Source: Moniliella sp. 'wahieum' (Eukaryota). From it: a stretch of DNA of 64,000 bases. This document shows, one piece after another, positions 62,485 to 64,000 of the stretch. Both the position numbers and the translations under genes were made by a program. The DNA is taken from positions 248,001 to 312,000 of the forward strand of contig RSEE01000025.1 of NCBI GenBank assembly GCA_003971905.1, written 5' to 3'. The notes beneath the pieces are model-generated. The model did not search any database. It had not been told where the DNA came from and worked only from the letters and a program-made list of their open reading frames with translations. Within the stretch, counting starts at the first letter, position 1. Each line of letters begins with the position of its first letter.

Positions 62485-64000
62485 GATGGGGCTGCTGAGG
62501 AGGGAGGGAGATAGTGTGGGGGGGGTGAAGAGAAGGGGGTTCAGTGATGGTGGGGAGGGGGGTATTTAAATATTCTGGCAGGCTGGGAGCTTGTGAAGTT
62601 ACACTGATTGGCCAACCCAATCGGGGCAAGCGGGATAGGGAGGGCAGCAGTGGGGTTGTCATTGGCCGTGTTCCACTCCCATTGGTCCCCCTGTACCGCT
62701 CGGCCCACGCGATGAGCGCGATGAAATGAATGAGCGCGATGAGTCAATGGGCTGCCGGACGCAGGATACGAGATGTAAGATGCATGATGCACAATCGCTA
62801 CTCGGCGGATGGGCACCTCCCAGATGCCCCCAGCGGCCGAGTGCCCGGCTGGATGTTGCGTTTGGAGTTCGAGGTGCGACGTGGCCGTCGCCGTGGTGTT
62901 GGTCGCTCGTGTCCGCCGTCGTGGCAGCGCCCAGTGAGACGCGGCGGCCCACTAGCCGTCGCGCACCTGGTTTGACAAGCCCCGGCGGATCCGGCACACT
63001 GGCCATGTGCCTTCTCGTGCTGGCTCCACTGACCAAGCGTCACGCCACGCGTCATGCGTCATGCGTCGTACATCCCTTCGTCGTCACTCGCCACTCGCAG
63101 CGCGCCATTCAAGCGCCACGCTCTCAGGCTCTCAAGTTTCAAGCGTCGCTGTCGCCTGCCACCCATGGCCGCCCACCAGGGAATCAGCAGCCGCTCAGCG
63201 CGTCCGTCCAACCCGCCCTTTGCTCCGCCCCGGCGAGCGGCGGCATTATGCACACCGGCGGCTCCCACGCTCCCCAACCTTTGTTGCACCGATCCTCCCA
63301 ACTTCCGTCGGCTCCGCGCCACGCAACAGATCGCCACCAATCATTAATCAGATCCAGATTGCGCGTTGTCATCGACCATCATGCATCATGCATTGCATGC
63401 ATCCTTGATGCAGATGGACTCGAGTCCTAGCAAATGCCTCACGGTTCTCTGTTGTTCGCGATTTGCAATCCGGCCGAGAGGAGATGGTTTGGCGGCTTAA
63501 CGATTCACGATATTCACGACTATCGATTATCGACGATCAGCTAATAGTAACGTGTATCGGGTAACCTATGCATTAGATGACCTAAATGCTTAGTCGACGC
63601 AATGGTGCCAGCTCGACTCAAACGATCTTGGTGTGCCTGCCATCGCAAGTAGCCAGTTTTTCCTTCCAGCCGGTCCCATCCTGTCTTGGCTGCTGCTCTT
63701 ATTTTACTCAGTACTCATCCCAGCTCAGCGCTCATCGATCATCCCGCCTGTCGACCGACCCCACATTCGGGTCTTCTCCTATCTAATAGTACTCTCGAGA
63801 CGGTCTGGTACGTGGGCATCGATCTCTGCGATCTCCTTACCATTATTTTTGGCCATCCCACTGCTGGCAATTTTTGTATGGATCCCGAGAAACTTGACGC
63901 TTTCCTTCCCATTGTCCTTTCGGCCTCGGGTCGAACCAGCTCAATGTGCAGGGTTCTCATCGCCACACGGCCTTCGTACGCGGTACTAGTCCGCCACCAA

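Overview
Eukaryotic DNA: a gene-dense, GC-rich fungal chromosome segment. It is a basidiomycete, probably Ustilaginomycotina-like, inferred from short GT-AG introns with CTRAC branch sites and from the protein sequences. About 26 protein-coding genes are recognisable: ElaA-like GNAT, CLC1, NAD-epimerase, HMG-box TF, MED6, RPS9/RPL21 divergent pair, OTU protease, mS41/FYV4, PWWP protein, TOA1, RPL39, GSH2, GLO2, DUO1, DH-domain RhoGEF, secreted GH5 glucanase, PP2A-A, Gre2-like reductase, MDM1/SNX, Atf1-type bZIP, AGX1, ATG18, RPB5, SPC25 and GPD1. Most genes, including essential ones, carry 1-2 nt frameshifts, which points to an unpolished assembly rather than pseudogenes, so many gene ends are approximate. 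I recognised no tRNA, rRNA, CRISPR array or intact transposon. The most unusual sequence-level signals are: (i) intergenic arrays of different A..T palindromic hexamers in a strict 7-bp register; (ii) a ~10 kb lower-GC, gene-poor island around the GH5 gene, containing a strand-biased GTTAC cluster; (iii) an adjacent glutathione synthetase/glyoxalase II pair; (iv) a shared CCAACCCTAG motif plus 5'-UTR introns in ribosomal protein genes. I could not establish a wholly new multi-gene system with confidence.
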